Program-made: the position numbers and the translations under genes | Assembly (NCBI GenBank): GCA_028691155.1 | Contig: JAQUZV010000001.1 | Span: 1 to 28,521 of the forward strand | Direction: 5' to 3' | DNA from: Victivallales bacterium | GTDB taxonomy: Bacteria; Verrucomicrobiota; Lentisphaeria; Victivallales; SZUA-371 | Length of the DNA stretch: 28,521 nucleotides | Notes under the pieces: generated by a model | What the model was told of the DNA's origin: nothing | The model's input: only the letters and a program-made list of their open reading frames with translations | The model's database searches: none | Part shown: one piece after another, positions 24,606 through 28,521 of the stretch | Layout of the letters: every line of letters begins with the position of its first letter | How positions within the stretch are numbered: the stretch's first letter is position 1

Positions 24606-26381
24606 ATGAAAGCTAAGGAATTAAGAGAAAAGTACCTGTGTTTTTTTCGGAGCAAAGGCCATGCGCTGATCGGCAGCGCGCCGCTGATTCCGGAAAACGA
24701 CCCGACCTGTCTGTTTACCACTGCCGGCATGCATCCGTTGGTGCCGTATCTGCTCGGCAATAAGCATCCTCAGGGTCAAAGGCTGGCAAATGTCCAGAAA
24801 TGTATTCGCACCGGGGACATCGACGAAGTCGGCGATCCGGTGCATCTGACCTTTTTCGAAATGTTGGGCAACTGGTCGCTGGGCGATTATTTTAAAAAGG
24901 AAGCGATTGAATTCAGTTTTGAATTTCTGACCAGTCCGGAGTGGCTGAATATTCCGTTGTCGCGTCTGGCTTTCACCGTGTTTGCCGGCGATACCGATTG
25001 CCCGTTCGACCAGGAGGCGTTCGACCAGTGGCGGCGTCTCGGTGTCGGCGAAAGTCGGATTGCCCGGCTCGGTAAGGTTCATAACTGGTGGGGGCCGGCC
25101 GGACAGACCGGACCATGCGGTCCGGATACGGAAATGTTTTATTGGACCGGTGACGGTGAGGCTCCGGCGCTGTTCGATCCCGAGGATAAGCGTTGGGTGG
25201 AAATCTGGAATGACGTGTTCATGCAGTATGACAAGCAAGCGGACGGTTCGTACCTGCCGTTGCAGCAGCGCAATGTCGATACCGGCATGGGCCTGGAGCG
25301 GGTGACGGCGGTGCTGCAGGGCAAAGCCAGTTGTTATGATACCGAATTGTTTCAGCCGATCCTTCAGTGCATCGATGCATTGCGCGGTGTATCCGCTCCG
25401 GCGGTTCGTTCCGATTCCGAACGGATTATTGCCGATCACCTGCGGGCCGCGGTGTTCATTATCGCCGACGGGATTGTGCCGAGCAATGTGGATCAGGGCT
25501 ATGTGCTGCGCCGGCTGATCCGGCGGTCGATCAGGGAAGGACGGAAACTCGGAATTGCCGATGATTTCACGTCTCGGATCGGGACGGTGGTTATTGCCGA
25601 ATTCGGTGATATTTACCCGGAATTGCGGCAGCAGGCCGACTTTATCCGCAACGAACTTGCCACCGAGGAAAAACTTTTTGCCCTGGCGCTGGAAAAGGGT
25701 ACCCGCGAGTTTGAAAAGCTGATCGCCAAGGTTCCGCCGCACGTGGTCAAAAAGGTTATCAGCGGAAAAAACGCTTTCTTCCTCTATGAAACGTTCGGGT
25801 TTCCCCTGGAACTGACGGAGGAAATGGCGCGGGAACATGGATTCGAAGTGGATCGGGAAGGATTTGACAAGGCCTATCGCAAGCATCAGGAACTGTCCCG
25901 CAAAGGGGCGGAGCAGAAGTTCAAGGGCGGGTTGGCGGATAATTCCGCTGCGACGGCGGCGTTGCATACCGCGACGCATCTGCTCCATGCCGCGTTGCGG
26001 CAGGTGTTGGGGACGCATGTGGCCCAGAAAGGGTCCAATATCACCGCCGAGCGGCTGCGTTTCGACTTTTGCCATGAGGAAAAGATGACGCCGGAGCAGA
26101 TTGCGGCCGTGCAGCGTCTGGTCAATGATGCCATTGCCCGGAAAATTCCGGTGGAAATCGAGGAAATGACCGTGGAGGACGCCTGTGCTCAGGGGGCGAT
26201 CGGATTGTTCGGCGATCGCTATGGCGAACGGGTCACTGTTTATACCATTGCCGGGGTCAGCAAGGAAATCTGTGGCGGGCCTCATGCAAAAAATACCGGC
26301 GAGCTCGGTCATTTTCGGATTACCAAGGAGGAAAGTTCCAGTCGCGGGGTGCGGCGGATCAAGGCGGTATTGGAACGATAA
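24606..26381 (+). CDS. alaS: Alanine--tRNA ligase, short form (591 aa)
   Basis: Motifs LFTTAGMHPL, HLTFFEMLGNWS, VDTGMGLER, editing HTATHLLH and EICGGPH; ends at GVRRIKAVLER. Confidence 0.97.
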   Translation: MKAKELREKYLCFFRSKGHALIGSAPLIPENDPTCLFTTAGMHPLVPYLLGNKHPQGQRLANVQKCIRTGDIDEVGDPVHLTFFEMLGNWSLGDYFKKEAIEFSFEFLTSPEWLNIPLSRLAFTVFAGDTDCPFDQEAFDQWRRLGVGESRIARLGKVHNWWGPAGQTGPCGPDTEMFYWTGDGEAPALFDPEDKRWVEIWNDVFMQYDKQADGSYLPLQQRNVDTGMGLERVTAVLQGKASCYDTELFQPILQCIDALRGVSAPAVRSDSERIIADHLRAAVFIIADGIVPSNVDQGYVLRRLIRRSIREGRKLGIADDFTSRIGTVVIAEFGDIYPELRQQADFIRNELATEEKLFALALEKGTREFEKLIAKVPPHVVKKVISGKNAFFLYETFGFPLELTEEMAREHGFEVDREGFDKAYRKHQELSRKGAEQKFKGGLADNSAATAALHTATHLLHAALRQVLGTHVAQKGSNITAERLRFDFCHEEKMTPEQIAAVQRLVNDAIARKIPVEIEEMTVEDACAQGAIGLFGDRYGERVTVYTIAGVSKEICGGPHAKNTGELGHFRITKEESSSRGVRRIKAVLER

Positions 26382-26389
26382 AATTGAAA

Positions 26390-26426
26390 AGGGGCGATTG
26401 ACTTTACGTCGATTGCCCCTATTTTT
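26390..26426 (+). terminator. Intrinsic terminator after alaS
   Basis: aggggcgattgac/gtcgattgcccct stem followed by attttt. Confidence 0.75.
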
Positions 26427-26473
26427 ATAACTAAGGGAAGCACAATGGGATTTCAAATGGGGTATACTTGGGA

Positions 26474-26983
26474 ATGAAAAAGGCTGATTTGCTGATTGCC
26501 CATACGCAGGGCGTATATACGATTAAGGTCGACGGCCGGGCCAATTTTGAATGTTCCCCGCCGATCCGCAATCTGGCCAACAACCTGGACAAGGATCTGC
26601 AGAAGATTTCCATCGATCTGACCGGCTGTTCGGGCATGGACAGTACGTTCATGGGGGTTCTGGCCATGTTGGGATTGCAGACCAGAAACAAGGCGGTGGT
26701 GGAGATTGTCAATGCCGGAACGGAAAACCGCCATCTGCTGGAAGGTCTTGGCATTCAGTCGTTGTTCTCGTTCGTGGAAAAGACGGCTGGCGGGCAACCG
26801 GAAGCGCACTGGAGTCGTCCGGAAGCAAAAGCCGATGCCGTTGACCGGGCGGAGACCGTTTATACCGCTCATGACACTCTGATCCGGGCCAATGAAACGG
26901 TCAACCGGCCGAAATTCGAAAAAGTGGTTGAATTTGCCAAGAAAGATCTCGATAAATTAAAAAAAGAACAGGAGAAGCAATAA
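26474..26983 (+). CDS. STAS domain protein (anti-sigma factor antagonist-like) with a helical C-terminal extension
   Basis: IKVDGRANF and IDLTGCSGMDSTFMGVL (phosphorylatable Ser motif); ATG at 26474 preferred to TTG at 26468. Confidence 0.85.
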   Translation: MKKADLLIAHTQGVYTIKVDGRANFECSPPIRNLANNLDKDLQKISIDLTGCSGMDSTFMGVLAMLGLQTRNKAVVEIVNAGTENRHLLEGLGIQSLFSFVEKTAGGQPEAHWSRPEAKADAVDRAETVYTAHDTLIRANETVNRPKFEKVVEFAKKDLDKLKKEQEKQ

Positions 26984-27110
26984 GAGTTTGACTTGCAGGA
27001 GAGTAGCATCATCCTGCCGTTCCGTTTCCATGGTTGATTTCCGCGGTCCGGGTCGAGTTGCCTCCCCGGATAGGGGAAGCGGCGGTTCTCAATCTTCCGT
27101 TCGAGGTAAA

Positions 27111-27818
27111 TTATGGCGTCGTGGTGTCGACCACGGCCAGGAATAGACTACCGGCAATCGCCGCCGTTTCCACCCGCAGCACCCAGCGTCCGAGCCGTAG
27201 ATCGGCAATGCCGTTTTGGCGCAGATAATCTTCTTCTTCCGGCGTGAATCCGCCTTCCGGTCCGACCACCCAGGCGATATCGGTGGTTCGACTCAAATCG
27301 GGCATGACACCGTCGCCGCGGGGCGAACCGAAAAAACCTTGCCAGTTTTCCTGTTTAATCCGGTCGACTGCGGTTTTGAAAGATACCGGCAATGCCGTCA
27401 GTTGCGGCAAAAAAGGATTTTTGGCCTGTTTACAGCCTTCCTGCAGCAACGTCTGCCACCGTTCCAGTACCTCTTCTTTTTCCGGCGCGGCGACGGAGCG
27501 GGCGCTGAGAAACAGATGGATGCTCCATATTCCCACCTCGGCACATTGTTTGAGCAACAAGTCCATTTTGGCCTTTTTCGGCGGTGCCAGCACGAGGTGG
27601 ACCCGGCGCGGCGGCGGTGACGCGGTCGTGGCGTTCAGCACGGTAATGATCCGGTCGGAACCGATGGTCGCCAGGGCGAAAGTGCCCCGGCCGTCGGTGA
27701 GTTCAAACTGTTCGCCGGGAGCGGCGCGCAAGGTTTTGAACAGATGTTTGCGGTCGCGTTCTTCCAGTTCGACCGTCGTGCCGGGACGACCGATGGCCCG
27801 GCAGTAAAAGCAATGCAT
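27111..27818 (-). CDS. rsmE: 16S rRNA (uracil-1498-N3)-methyltransferase
   Basis: Motifs KHLFKTLR, LLKQCAEVG, EGCKQA, VVGPEGGF and LGRWVLRVETA. Confidence 0.93.
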   Translation of the reverse strand: MHCFYCRAIGRPGTTVELEERDRKHLFKTLRAAPGEQFELTDGRGTFALATIGSDRIITVLNATTASPPPRRVHLVLAPPKKAKMDLLLKQCAEVGIWSIHLFLSARSVAAPEKEEVLERWQTLLQEGCKQAKNPFLPQLTALPVSFKTAVDRIKQENWQGFFGSPRGDGVMPDLSRTTDIAWVVGPEGGFTPEEEDYLRQNGIADLRLGRWVLRVETAAIAGSLFLAVVDTTTP

Positions 27819-27820
27819 AT

Positions 27821-28519
27821 TCAGCGTCTCCCGGCGGGTCTCCGGCGGCTGTTGCCGGAACGTCCGCTGAACGACCGTCCTCCGGTCGACGGACGGCGCA
27901 TGCCGAAGTGGCGTTCGCCCTTGTCGCCGGGAACCTGGTCGAGATGGACCATATTTTCTTCCGGATATACGGTTTTGACCTGCATGTTCATCAACTTTTC
28001 AATATCAGGCAGCACATAAGCGCCGAATTCATCGACAAAACTGATCGACTTACCGGTATGCCCGGCCCGGCCGGTGCGGCCCACGCGGTGCACGTAATCT
28101 TCCGGATGCTCCGGCAGGTCGTAGTTGACCACATGGGAGATGCCTTCGACATGGATGCCGCGGGCGGCGACGTCGGTGGCGATCAATACTTTGATCTTAC
28201 CGTCGCGGAAGCGTTCAAGTATTTTCAGTCGTTTCTGCTGCGGCACATCGCCGGAAAGCGAATCGCAGTCGATGCCGTAGAGCCGGAGCCGGTTGCACAA
28301 ACTGGCGTTGACGTCCTTCCGGTTGACGAAGATCAGCATGCGTTCCACCGCTTCGTGATTGATGAGCCAGAGCAGCAGGGCGAAACGTTCGTCCAGCGGG
28401 ACGGCGTAGAAACGCTGATCGATCAGGTCGGTAACGAGGGATTCGGACTCGATTTCGATCTTTACCGGGTCATGGAGCCAGTTCCGGATCAGTGCATTGA
28501 TGTTGTCGTCGAAAGTGGC
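27821..28519 (-). CDS. DEAD-box RNA helicase (RhlB/RhlE-like), C-terminal part; N-terminus lies outside the window
   Basis: Frame is open to the window edge (motif III remnant ATF); motifs LIFVNRK, ATDVAARGI, VVNYDLP and YVHRVGRTGRAG; basic RS/G tail. Confidence 0.93.
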   Translation of the reverse strand, partial: ATFDDNINALIRNWLHDPVKIEIESESLVTDLIDQRFYAVPLDERFALLLWLINHEAVERMLIFVNRKDVNASLCNRLRLYGIDCDSLSGDVPQQKRLKILERFRDGKIKVLIATDVAARGIHVEGISHVVNYDLPEHPEDYVHRVGRTGRAGHTGKSISFVDEFGAYVLPDIEKLMNMQVKTVYPEENMVHLDQVPGDKGERHFGMRRPSTGGRSFSGRSGNSRRRPAGRR

Positions 28520-28521
28520 GC

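Noticed and set aside
24621-26456. 611-aa antisense ORF over alaS
   Set aside because: Same mirror-frame artefact opposite a conserved essential gene
26995-27030. GGAGAGTAGC resembling THF or yybP-ykoY riboswitch starts
   Set aside because: The rest of the consensus is missing, and it lies between convergent genes with nothing downstream to regulate

Overview
A mostly housekeeping chromosomal window from a moderately GC-rich bacterium. The L28 insert GLAKKQGGIG, the extended STAS protein and the short AlaRS suggest a PVC-group, possibly Lentisphaerae-like, organism; this is inference only. Gene order: 5'-truncated giant beta-helical surface protein; Na+/solute symporter plus two small membrane proteins; LpxL-family acyltransferase; trmL plus a coupled membrane protein; lipoprotein-ppdK; MATE-MarR; dapA; about 660 bp of unassigned AT-rich DNA; tRNA-Lys/rpmB/tRNA-Val; a structured non-coding segment with an orphan terminator; DUF2760; a BY-kinase and PHP phosphatase pair; tRNA-Arg; a large modular GH9-like protein; short alaS; STAS protein; rsmE; partial DEAD-box helicase. 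I found no CRISPR array, transposase, integrase, prophage or recognisable defence system. Best leads: (1) a possible new C-terminal sorting tail on the giant surface protein; (2) a Gram-positive-style tyrosine kinase/phosphatase pair with no polysaccharide genes beside it and a 12-Tyr tail encoded by a microsatellite; (3) a candidate sRNA or attenuator at about 16960-17125; (4) a LamG domain inserted into a GH9 barrel. None is proven novel without database searches.
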